NCBI GenBank assembly: GCA_963924565.1
Contig: OZ004610.1
Span: forward strand, 5,518,001 to 5,582,000
Length of the DNA: 64,000 nt
Reading direction: 5' to 3'
Source of the DNA: Ascidiella aspersa
Taxonomy: Eukaryota
In this document: piece after piece, positions 1 to 11,300 of the stretch
Numbering within the stretch: position 1 is the first letter of the stretch
Layout of the letters: each line of letters begins with the position of its first letter
Translations under genes and position numbers: made by a program
Notes under the pieces: generated by a model
Told to the model about the DNA's origin: nothing
Seen by the model: only the letters and a program-made list of their open reading frames with translations
The model's database searches: none

Positions 1-1840
1 TGAAATGACAAATCAGAGTCAGTCTTATTAGCAAAAAATGTAATTAGGTTAACCGTTTTTGTAAACATTTTAGTTGGGATTTTTATTAAATACTAGCAAT
101 CAGTAACCTAAATGAAAGTAAATGATTTTTTAACTACATTTTAATGGATAAAAAGATAGTTTCTGACTTAAGGTAGGCTACTTTATGTTGATGAATCATC
201 GACACTTAAGCGAAACAGCTATGGTGTGTTTATAAAAGTTCAAAATTAAAAAACAAAGCAAACAAACATTGATCTTCTGAAAAACGCTTTTTATAAAGAT
301 ATTGTTTGAAAACCGTGACTGTAACACTCCAACTGAACTTCAGCCTTAGCCTACACATTGTTGTTTTAGCGAACGGGTTTCCCCGTTTGCAAAAAAAGAA
401 ACTGCTCTTGTTTTTTTAAAACGCCGCCATGTTTTCCTGCAAGTTTTAACATAAAACACTCCGCCAATACCAACAGAAAGCGATTAGGGGCCGCGCGCAA
501 ACTAATTAATTAAGCCGCCCGTATACCTCTAGACTTGACGGCACAACCTTGCGCTGTGCAGTCTCAGCGAACGAAATTGATCGCGCTTAATTGCCACTGT
601 CGCTAACGATTTCTGGCCTTTTAACTCGATTAACTTGCACCCTAAATCGCTGCAGTCAGGTTTCACTTCACTTCAGCAATCGATTTTTCTTATACCCGAC
701 CCTTTGCACGCCCCGAAGTCAATTTGTTGATCCCGAAGGTCCACTTTGCGCGGATCGAGCGATCTCGGTGGAACTTTCGATCAAAGGATAGTTGATCCTG
801 CTGGCAAAAACAAAAACGACCGGCTGGAAAGCATTGCGCGATAGAATGTACGAGAAGAAAATCATGTCACATTGTTTTTGTTTGTCAAGGGTATTTGAGT
901 TGAAAGAGGAACGTTTTGAATAAATCTTCAAATAATGTCCGGAGGTTGTAGTTAGACGTAGAATGAATATTAACGCCAACTCAGTATAAGGTATCATTTT
1001 GTAAACGCTTTGAATGAGTAAATATTAATTTTTAACATCGGTATATTTGATTTGAATAAAGAATTAATAGAAATATTTGGAAGAAAAGTATTTCTAAAAA
1101 TTGGATTTTAACACGCCGGCTTTTATAATATAGGCTACTTACAAACGTCGTTTTTTCTAGTATACACATTTTGTCTGATTTGAGTTGCTGATTGTCTTGT
1201 TATTCAATGGCTGAATGCAGGTTTTTTTTAAGGTTTGGTTTGGGTGACCGCTAAGTAGTTTTAAAGAGACCGCAAGTGTTTCATTTAAATACCAAAAAGT
1301 TGCAAGTCCAAAATTTGGGAAACCGCTGGAGAAATTTGGGGGACCGTTTCAGTAACCCAAAACACCTTAAAAAAACACTGGCTGTATGATTTCATACGAT
1401 ACGTTTGTATAATAGGAGTATAGTCTGGGACATACCGTAAAAACTAAATCGCTATATCTTTTGTGGGCAACACGTCGCTAAACACTTTTTAATGTGTAAG
1501 CAAACACACTTATCTTTATTCTACACTTCTGAGTCCTAGTTCGTTTTTTTCTAGAAAAATATAGAATTCAAGTAATAGGTTTAAAAAATATTATATTTTT
1601 TATAAACACATTTTAGTGTGAGGTTGAAAAACGTCTTTGGAACTTCTAAACATGGGTTTTTGTCATGTTTAGAAAAAGGAAAAGATGTTAGATTTAATCG
1701 CTGTTATAATAATTATTACGACACGGTTGAGAATTGTTGTTAAAAGATAAACAAAGTAGGCTTAACTATTTACGGATCTGTAATGTAGCTTGATAATGAA
1801 TTGCAGAGCCAACCAGGTCGAGTAGATCGACATCATCTTG

Positions 1841-1882
1841 ATTAAGACGTTTCGATACGAACTTCTATCATCTTCAGTTAAT
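1841..1882 (-). ncRNA. Minimal type I hammerhead ribozyme motif (family B, intact core)
   Basis: AUUAA-CUGAAGA-U-GAUA/UAUC helix II-GAAA-CG-UC^-UUAAU; 5-bp helix I, palindromic ACGU helix III. Confidence 0.75.
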
Positions 1883-1907
1883 GTGACGGGCATTCACTGA
1901 GTCATCG

Positions 1908-1945
1908 TAACTGAAGATGACACAAGTTCGTATCGAAACGTCTTA
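1908..1945 (+). ncRNA. Minimal type I hammerhead ribozyme motif (family B)
   Basis: UAA-CUGAAGA-U-GACAC/GUAUC-GAAA-CG-UC^-UUA; one helix II mismatch. Confidence 0.65.
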
Positions 1946-2224
1946 ATCTATGTCGATCTATCCGATTTTTTTGGCTTTGCAATTCTTGAACAAAATTGTC
2001 AAATGTTTCAACTTCTTTGGAACACATGCCTTTGTGAAATATTCGATTCAATAATAATATGAAATAACTTGATCCTAGTTCTGATGTAGTATGCTGAGAT
2101 AGTGATACAAAAGTGGCCGACGTACGTTAGAAATTTTATTCGTAAGATACAACACTCTAACTGAGTTTTGCACTTCCAATTTGTTTTCTGAGATTTAGAT
2201 ATACTCTTGTGTTATAACCGAAAA

Positions 2225-2328
2225 ATGCTCTTATCTTGGGGCTTCCTACTTTCGACTGTTGTGGCCATCAGTGTTGCGATGAAGAATTCCGACCACCTCA
2301 TTTTGCAAGGAACTCGATGCGTCTCCCG
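2225..2328 (+). CDS. ANOS1: Anosmin exon 1 (signal peptide, start of Cys box)
   Basis: MLLSWGFLLSTVVAISVAMKNSDHLILQGTRCVSR; donor CG|GTAATG. Confidence 0.85.
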
Positions 2329-5300
2329 GTAATGCGTTGTTTCTATTTATCGAATCAAGAAAAGTAAGATCTAAAATTTGCATTTTTCCCTATAGGTGTC
2401 TGCAAAATCACGCAAAGGCGCTTCTCAAACACCGAAAGACGTTGAACGCCTCGGCAAGTACAAGTTTACTGAAAGGCTAAACCAGTGATTCCCGAACTGT
2501 GTGCCGCGGTACACTAGTGTGCCTCGAAAGATTGCCAAGTGTGCTGCGAAACTTCTAGTAATTTCACAAAAAGGCATTGTAGACTTAAATACCAATTCCC
2601 ATTACAAATTAATCGTATTGGGACATTTACATTTAGTTTGACGTGTGTTAAGGACGAATGTAAAATGACTCTACTGTTGTTCTGCTGAAAGTGTGCAGCG
2701 AAATATTGAATTTTTAGTGTGCCGCGAGCCAAAAATTTTTGGGAACCTGTGCTAAACAGTCTTACCAGACTTGGTATATTTAATCCTTCCATAGATAATT
2801 TTAACTTTTAATAGAAGGAAGTTCCATATTACAACTATTCACGCGTTGCAGTATGTTTTATACATATTTATTGATTTGTCCATATACATGTTTATGCATC
2901 AGACCCGATCCTGAATGAACAAAGTTTTATTTATGTATATAGTTTTCCACTACCTAAGCCCTCGGAAACCTGTTATAGGTCAAAGGCTAATTTTCATCAG
3001 TTTGTTCGGGTTTTAATTTTGTATCTCTGGCCTAATGGCATCGTGATTTCTTTTTTGACATGTTAAAACAGAAGTCGGCAAGTTTTTCCTGGCGGCGGGT
3101 CTGACCTAAACTCAGAAAGGTCTCTGTGGGCCTTACACAATATTAACTTATACTTTTGTTAAAACGTGTAAATTTAGGCATTTATTATGACTCTCATTTA
3201 AGGGCGGATTTTATATTTGAAAATTGGTCTAATTAGCAAGCTAGATTAAACAAAAACATACTATGTTCATATTTAAAAGACTAGTGCGCAGCACAATACA
3301 ATGCATTTAGATTTATTAAGTTGGTGAAACCTTCTTTGTTGATAGTTTCCGCCAACATACTGGCTGTGGAAATAAGATTCACGCAAGGCGCGAAAGGGTT
3401 TACGTTTACGCATGGTTAAAATAGGCAAAAATATAGAGAACGGTTTCTTGCCCGGTTGACAAAAGAGGTGGCTGGCCGGATGATATACATTTAGCGGGCC
3501 GCGGACCGCAGGTTGCCGACCCCTGTGTTAAACTAACGAAAGGCAGCCAAATTCTTCTTAGCGTTCTGTTCGTTTGCAAACTAGTAACATGGGCTATGTA
3601 TCTTGGTTATAGGAAAACTATAGCTGAGTCAAAGTAACGTGTGTGTTATATTTGTTAGGAGGAAATAAACCCGTTAAAATGGTGCGCCTTCTCCAAAGCG
3701 CAAACTTGTTCCTCTTGTATTCGGCCATGTGAACAACGCTTCGCCACCCTTCCGCAGTGCATGGCATTTTGTGAAGGCGACATAGATTGCATGTACAGGT
3801 AGGAATGTCTGGTATATTAAGTTTGGAGCTTTCACGTGATAAAATTATGGTCATAACTTGAAAAACCTACTCTCAGTATTAATGCTTATACGTTAAGTGT
3901 CATTAATAGAAAAAATACACTCATAAAATGTAACAAAAAATTGGCCAAGTTGTAACAAAAGACATGCCAGTCATTTCGTATCAGATCAGCCTTATAGTCG
4001 TATAATTAGCAGATACACATTTTTAAAACATTCCATTTTTGTTTTTCTTAATTAACAACTTAAAAAATAATTACATTTTGTCAAACATATCTATCAACGA
4101 TTACGTGTCCCCATTTGTGCAAAACAAACCTGTTGCCTATTTTCGGCAAAATGATGATGCAGTAAAAAAGTCGCGATTGTTGCATAAATCTCGTTTCAAG
4201 CCATTTTCGCATTTGCAGCTGCGCATACTTCGAGGACATTTCAGGGACCAAGATGGGCTACTGTCCGGCGCCGACAGCCTACAACTCCACTTTAAGGACT
4301 CCCACCAATCTCGTTCCACGCAGCTCTTTAGCCCCACCGCGCGGTCACAGTGACGTGAGATCGGCGAGAAATTGCACTTCGACTTGCCGCACCGACTACG
4401 ACTGCCGAAGCAACCGTAAGGTATCGAAACTGACTTGAAATTAACTTGCTGTAATTATGACTGCTTGTTATTTTTTCAAAATAACTTGACCTGGACTTAA
4501 GCTATTTCACAAAAGACTTGATTTGTTCACAACACTCGTAAGTCAGCAAGTTCTAGTCTTGTTTTGATTCTACTTAGCTCACAATCGCTCCAGCTTCCAT
4601 GCCAGTATTATAAGCAGGAGTAAAGGGAGAGTTACCGAAGCGATGAATTATTTTTGTGCCATAACGTTTAAAATGTTAAGGTATGACGTCACAATGATAC
4701 GTCATAACTGGACGTCGAAAACAAGTAACGCGATAGGAAACCTGAGGTTGACGTTCAATATAGTGCACGAGTATGCAACTGAAATCCTAGTTTAGAAACA
4801 TTAAAAGCATGGCGAATGGTCTGGTTAAAATAACATTTGTGTTTTACTGTTCAGTGCTGCGTGGTTAATTGTCGCGGTTTTTGTCGCCCTCCTCTCTCAA
4901 AGCAAGCATGGTTGCCTCTCAAGTTGCCCAGGAGAAGCGTCACGATCAGAGAGACCGACGATGGACAGTCGGCCGTCTTAATTTGGACACAGGAAAAGAA
5001 CGTAAGTCGTTCAAAAACTCTATTTAGGTTAAATTTGTCATGTTTATTTTAGGGTAGAAAGAAGTTATAATTTGATAACGTTAAATTTTAACCATTTTTA
5101 GTTGCAAAATTTATGGTACTAAATAAACAAACGTTGTTGTGCAGTTTCACCCTGTGTGGACGATGTATTTGGTGCAACAGCAATATCGACTTTCTCGCGG
5201 AATTCCTAAGCGATTTAGAAAATGGCAAACCATTACACAGGTATCGGAACTTACAATGCTGACTAACATAATCGTTGTGTTACGAATTTATAAATATATA

Positions 5301-8300
5301 AGATATTCTGCTCATTAACCTTATTTTATTATTTTGCGAAACCGCACGCAAACACATTATAATAAAATACTAACACTGTCTTAAAACTTTTTTGTTATAT
5401 AGCGGTAGACTACAACTGTAAGCATTTATGGAGTACCAAAAATATATAGTCCATATACATTAGACTTTTATAGTGAAAACTCCCGATAGCATTATAAATT
5501 TACCGTTACTCTTTTCTTTCTAAATTTCTTGATTTAGAAAAATGCCAGTAGATTTGTAAACAAAAAATTCGAGACAAACTTGCGCAAATACGATTTATTG
5601 TGTAATTTTTTACCGATTTTACACTTGAAAGTTTTACACGTAAAGAAAATGATAAAGCACATGCACCGCTTTCAAAGTTTTTAACTATTTTGGACCGCTT
5701 ATAATTACCCGAAACTAATTTTGCGATTTAGACATCGATGATGTCAGCGACATTGGTGCACCTGAGACGTGGTTACTGGTACCGGTTTCGTGTCGCACCG
5801 GTCAATGTTAACGGAACCAAGGGCTTTACGCTTTTGGAGCAACCTTTCAGACTTTCAGCTCGTGAGTTTAAATAAATGTCAGACCTGAGATATTTTGCTT
5901 GATTTGGAATCGGTAAGCTAAGCAAACGATTTTTTTATGAACAATCACGTTGAAAAAACATATATTTTCACTTAGTTTTTAACGTTTATTTTATCTAATA
6001 TTCTTGTTTATGTATGAAGGACTAATATCAGTAATTTTTCTTAGAAAATATTTAGGTTTATTAAGTTAATTTATAAAAGGGTCGCTAACTGCGCTGGGAA
6101 AAATAACTGAGGTAAAAGTTTTAGCTAAAATTTATACTGTATTTATCCAGATCCACGTGAAAAAATATCAACTCCGAGTATTGTAAGCACATTTTGTTGC
6201 TGGAATTTCTAACAAAGTTTAACACGTATATTATAACTAAATAATGTTAGAATGGTTGATTAAATAATGCCACATACAGCGCTTTGGCAAATATCACCGG
6301 TAAACAAATCGATTTATTTTTTTTAAATAGAAGGGTAAATATTAAGCGATACAGATTTTAATTTGAATCTTAAGTATAACATTGTTCTGTTTGCCGAAGT
6401 AAACCAACTATGAAAAAAATCAATGGAGTCGAACCGTTTGACTTTTTCGGTTCAGGTTCGGTTCGGGTTTAAGGATTTTGCGGAATACGGTTCAGTTGCG
6501 GCTTCGGTGCGGAGCAATTTAAAAGTTTCGGTTCAGCTTCGGTTCCACTGAATTTTATTTAAAACCGGTTCATAAAGTTCCGGTTAATTTTCACAAAATT
6601 TCGAACATGGCATGCCTTGACTCTGTAAAAAGCAAGTTGTAACGTCATGCTGAAATAAACCTCTTTTTGACAGGTTCGGGTTCGTTTAAGGTTTTTTCAA
6701 AATATTCCGTTGCGGTTCCTTAAAATCTTACAAAAACGGTTCAGGTTCTGGAAAAATTGGCCCAAAACCGGTTCATAAAGTGCCGGTTCGGATTCGGTTC
6801 GTCTCCCTGTTTAAAATCCTCTTTTTTATTTTACTGATAAATTTAACACCTCCATCGTGGTTTGCCACAGCCCCTCGCAGGCCTCCGGCACCAAGCAACT
6901 TGGAACAAGTGAGTTTGCGCATCGCACGAGGCGGCAAGTACAGCATTCAAATCAGATGGAAGCTGGTCGACTACGCAGACAGCGACCTGCCCATCACAGG
7001 TTTGAACAGTCAGGAGGAAATCAGAAAACAGGCGGCCGATAAATTTGTGGAGCCATTTATATGCTGCAAAAATTTTTACTAACCTTTTAAAGTTGTTATT
7101 TAAATAAGACTGACCGGTAGTTTGTTCAATTAAGAATGAGAATTATGAATTTAGCGAGTGTCTAAAACTGAACAATTTTTTTACCAATGTTATTTTGTCT
7201 TGCCGACACATTGAAGTTAATACTTAAAAAGTCTGTATTTAAGTTATAAGTTCGTCGTTAATTGGTCTGAAAACGGATTGGGTGATCGCGCAATGTTCCG
7301 TAGGTTAGGCTTTATCAGAGTGAAATAAAATTAACCAAAAACAGTTGAAAACAAAAAAAAAACAGAGATTTAAGCGGGGCACCATCTATTTAACTGCAAA
7401 CTCGAGAAAGAGAAAGGGAAATACACTTTTAACTTTTCATTTTTTTTAAATCTGTTTTTCGGGGGCCCGTAATACAATTTTCTTAAAAAAAAAAATGTTG
7501 TCAACTGTTTATGGCTTGCGGCACCCCTCACAAATAATAAATAGATTGCGGCACCTCTACAAGATTTTTTTGTGGATAAATCACTAGTTCACTAGAATGT
7601 CCCAATAAACGAGAAACAACACACGTCAACTCTACACAAGATAGGAAGTTATAATTGGATTTGGTCCACTCTTGGTCCAGATTTTCAAATATCTCTCGGT
7701 TGCCTTGAGCATTAGAAATTGAACCCCGGTTGAAAACCACTGTATTGGCCTATACAGCCCTACAGTTCCACGTCAACTAATTGTAGGATTCCACGTCACG
7801 TGGGTGCGGCGAAGCGTGACCGGCAATCGGGTACGTCACGGCGCGAGGCGTCGGTTCGTTAAAGTGCGACCACGGGCCAGAATCACTCGGAACAAGCAAT
7901 GGACACTGTGGCTGAGAAGAATGCGGATGTACGTGAGCTACAACGTCTCTGTGGTGACATCTAGCGGATGGATTAACAGCACGCAGTTCAGTAGAGAGAC
8001 GATAATACAAGGTATACTATAGAAGCACGTTGGTACAGATTCTTTGCTTTAGATTTTTAGAACAACACATAATTATTTTCTGTCAGTGAATGTTTTCGAA
8101 GCTAATTATTTGAAACTTGTTTTTGTTTGATGTTAATCAAAACGTTGCAAAATTTATGCCACACACACTTCTAAAACCTGCAAGAAGAGCTCAAAATTGT
8201 ATAAAATATAATGATTTCGCCCACCTTCATGGATCTGAACTTATTTTGTAAAAATAATGACTTATTTTTCTCCAATTTAAGGCGTAAAATAAAGTTGCTT

Positions 8301-11300
8301 GCAGTTTGTTATGTTTTGGTGCTTTCATTGCAAAATGTTTCTTGAAATTTAATACACTAATTTTAACGGTTTAACATTTTTGCTCGATGCCAATAATATT
8401 GGCTTGAATTGACTTACCTGGCTAAAATTCCCAGAAATAAAAGTCATTAGAGACACTTATACATGGATTTCATGAAAAAATAGTTTTGCCATTCACTGTG
8501 GCATGAATTTTAGGATTTGGAACGAATGCACAAAACTGATGTTTACATTGAGGTTTTTACCTTCTTTTTTCAAGTGAAATTTCCCCACGACACTCCAAAG
8601 CAACAGATCAGCAGCTTTAAAGTTGCGCCACCCTTCCTCATAAGCAACAACCGGGTGTCAGTGAACATCACGTGGCGATTTCAATTTACCGGTGAGTGTG
8701 CTTACTTGATCGGAAACAGTTGAAAAACTTTCCTCCCAAGTGCGCACTTATAACAAGGGATGTCCGATAATATCGGATCGGAGTCGATACCCGATGCCAA
8801 GTGGTGGAATCGGTACTTGTCCGATACTAGGGCGAAATCGGTGCCGATCCGACAGCAAATTAATATCGGAATTTTAGCCATGATTTGCAATATAATGCGG
8901 CGATTTATACTTTAAAAAGTGAATTATTAAGTATTAGGTTACAACTGAAAGTAGCTAAACATATTAAAGCTGAAGCAAATTTTGGCATTTTAGTCTACAG
9001 GAAATACTTTGGGCGTTTTACTTTTATCTTTTTTGCTTTTGTGAGGATAGCAATGACGTCACTTGTTATCAGATCGGATCGCGATATTTTTCCTGGCAAA
9101 TATCGGTTATCGGTATCGGAATGTCAAGTATCGGACATCCATACATAAGGTTGATGTATTAAAATGTTTAATGATTCTATCAGATTAAAATAGAACTTTA
9201 CTGCCATAGTCTCTAAAGGTAACGGCTGATAAACCCAATTGTCTTACCTCAATACTTTTTGATGATTATTTTAAATTCACCGATAAGTGTAGCCAACTTG
9301 ATCCTGGAACATGTCGAAGCAAATTGTTCCAACCTACGTGTGCCTAAGTTTGTATTGATTAAAAATGCAAATTTGTATTATCTTTTTAACACTAATATGC
9401 AGTGTTGTAACAACTTAAGTCGGTGACTTGCACTTAATTCACTGTTTTTAAATGTTTTGACCTGACTTAAGTCTTGTGGGCAAAATCACTTAACTTGAGT
9501 AAGTCTTTTGGACAAAAGACTTGACTTGGCTTAATTATTTTGGGCAACTTTACATTGGTTGACTTATTGCTCGTAATCGTAAGAGTATACTACTTTCATA
9601 AAATTGCGTTCAACTTTTTTGACAAAGAATTGACTTGTCCTAATTATGACTTGATTGAGACATGACATGCTATATTCAGAAAGATTACTTGACTGGGACT
9701 TTAGTAATTATTTTAATTGACTTGTTGGCAACACTGCCAATAATTAAAACAAAAGTTTTATTTATCATTATTTATTTTGTAAATTTTTAAGACAAATGGT
9801 TTAGCACTTCTTCACTAGATTAGAACAGTCAATTTCAATTTTTAACAATAAATATTCCGTTTAAAATTTGTTTACAGAGGCGCCGGAAAGCGTTGTTCGC
9901 TTCATGGTCGAATGGAGAAGTCAATTCTGTCTTGATAACGCACTTCAGTCTACGACGGACCGCGAAATTACCAATGTGAGTTACCAGAAAGCACACCACA
10001 ACTTTGTATAATGACAAAACTAGGGCTTGGGTACACTATGCACGGATCTATGTAGTTTAAAAATGAATTGCAAAACCAAAAAGTTCAAGTAGGTCAATAT
10101 CATCTCGATTAAGTCGTTTTGAAACAAGCTTGTATCATATTTCGGTAATTTTTAACTAACGATGATACAAGCTCGTATCGAAACGTCTTAATCAAGATGA
10201 AGTCAGTTTACTCGACCTTTTTGGCTTTCCAATTCATGATAAAACTAGGGATGTTTATGCAATAAAGGACCATAGGATCGTCAACACATTCTTTGCTGTT
10301 AGCGATGTGAGATACTTGACATTTAATTGCGATTCGGATACCAGATATTTTAGATAAAAAGTAACGCGATCCAAAGCGAATGACGTCATTATATGGTTAA
10401 GATAATCTAAGAAGATGAAATTGAAACATTCGAAGGTTTTTCGAAATTCAATTTTTCAGAAAATTTTGATGAAAACAAAAACTTTGCTGTAGTGTTAAAA
10501 GTTGAATTACCTCTAATATTAACTTACTGTTTTTTGAACAACAATATTTGCTGGTACTTGTCCATAGCAGTTGCTGTGGTTTTGCCACGATATTCGAGAT
10601 TCAAAGCGTAAATGTCAGGTATGGATCAAAAGTAACGATGTGTCCTCATGATGCAATTGGCAAACTCAGTTAATCCAAAATACCAAAGCGGTTTTGTATC
10701 TGCTTAAAGGGAAAATTTCCCTCTTTTTCCTGGCCGCCACATCGTGTGATGTGAACGCGCGATTAGATAAGACGTAATAGACGGTTTAAAATTGTATCGA
10801 TATTTCGGGGTTGTGGATTTCGCAACGAGAAACAGCGGTAAACAGGAAATGAGATGTCTGGCGATAAAATGGCAAGGGGTTTATATCAGGATTGTGTCGA
10901 CTAAATATAACAAATATGTTGTTGTGCTTTCGAAACAGTAAAAACTTAATTAGGGTCTACAGCAGGGGTTCCAACCCTTTTTTACACTGAGGCCCCTTTG
11001 AAGATTTTAAGAAATCAATGGCCCCCCTATTTTTTATTTTTTTTATTACCCCCTAAAATTATAATTTATACAGTAACCGGTAGTTGGAGAAATAAAAACT
11101 TAAAGATGATGAATTAAAAAAATATTATATTTTAATTTGTTTCATGTCCCCCTTAAAAAAGCCCATGGCCCCCAGGTTGGGAACCCCTAATATACAGGGA
11201 CAGAATACGTTGGAGTAGAAAGAAATTAGCTATTTGAAAATTTAGGAAATTAAAACATACGTTTGTTTAGAACTTAAGTAATTCGTGTATGTAAAGTAAA

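Larger units (their letters stand above)
1773..1985. mobile_element. Foldback hammerhead-bearing repeat (family B; probable Penelope-like pLTR derivative)
   Basis: Inverted arms 1798-1882 and 1908-1985 plus a unique end CGGATCTGTAATGTAGCTTGA; related copies at ~10043-10216, 29493-29642 and 30761-30924. Confidence 0.75.

Noticed and set aside
185-225. TGATGA...CGAAACAGCT hammerhead-like string
   Set aside because: Lacks C3 and a pairable helix II.
480-720. Possible anosmin promoter or non-coding first exon (TAATTAATTAA, CAG|GTTTCA)
   Set aside because: Plausible but not supportable without transcript data.
2518-2615. Cys-rich reading CASKDCQVCCETS... that could be an extra anosmin Cys-box exon
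   Set aside because: It lies inside a GTGCCGCG-type MITE, has no polypyrimidine tract, and has no phase-compatible donor.
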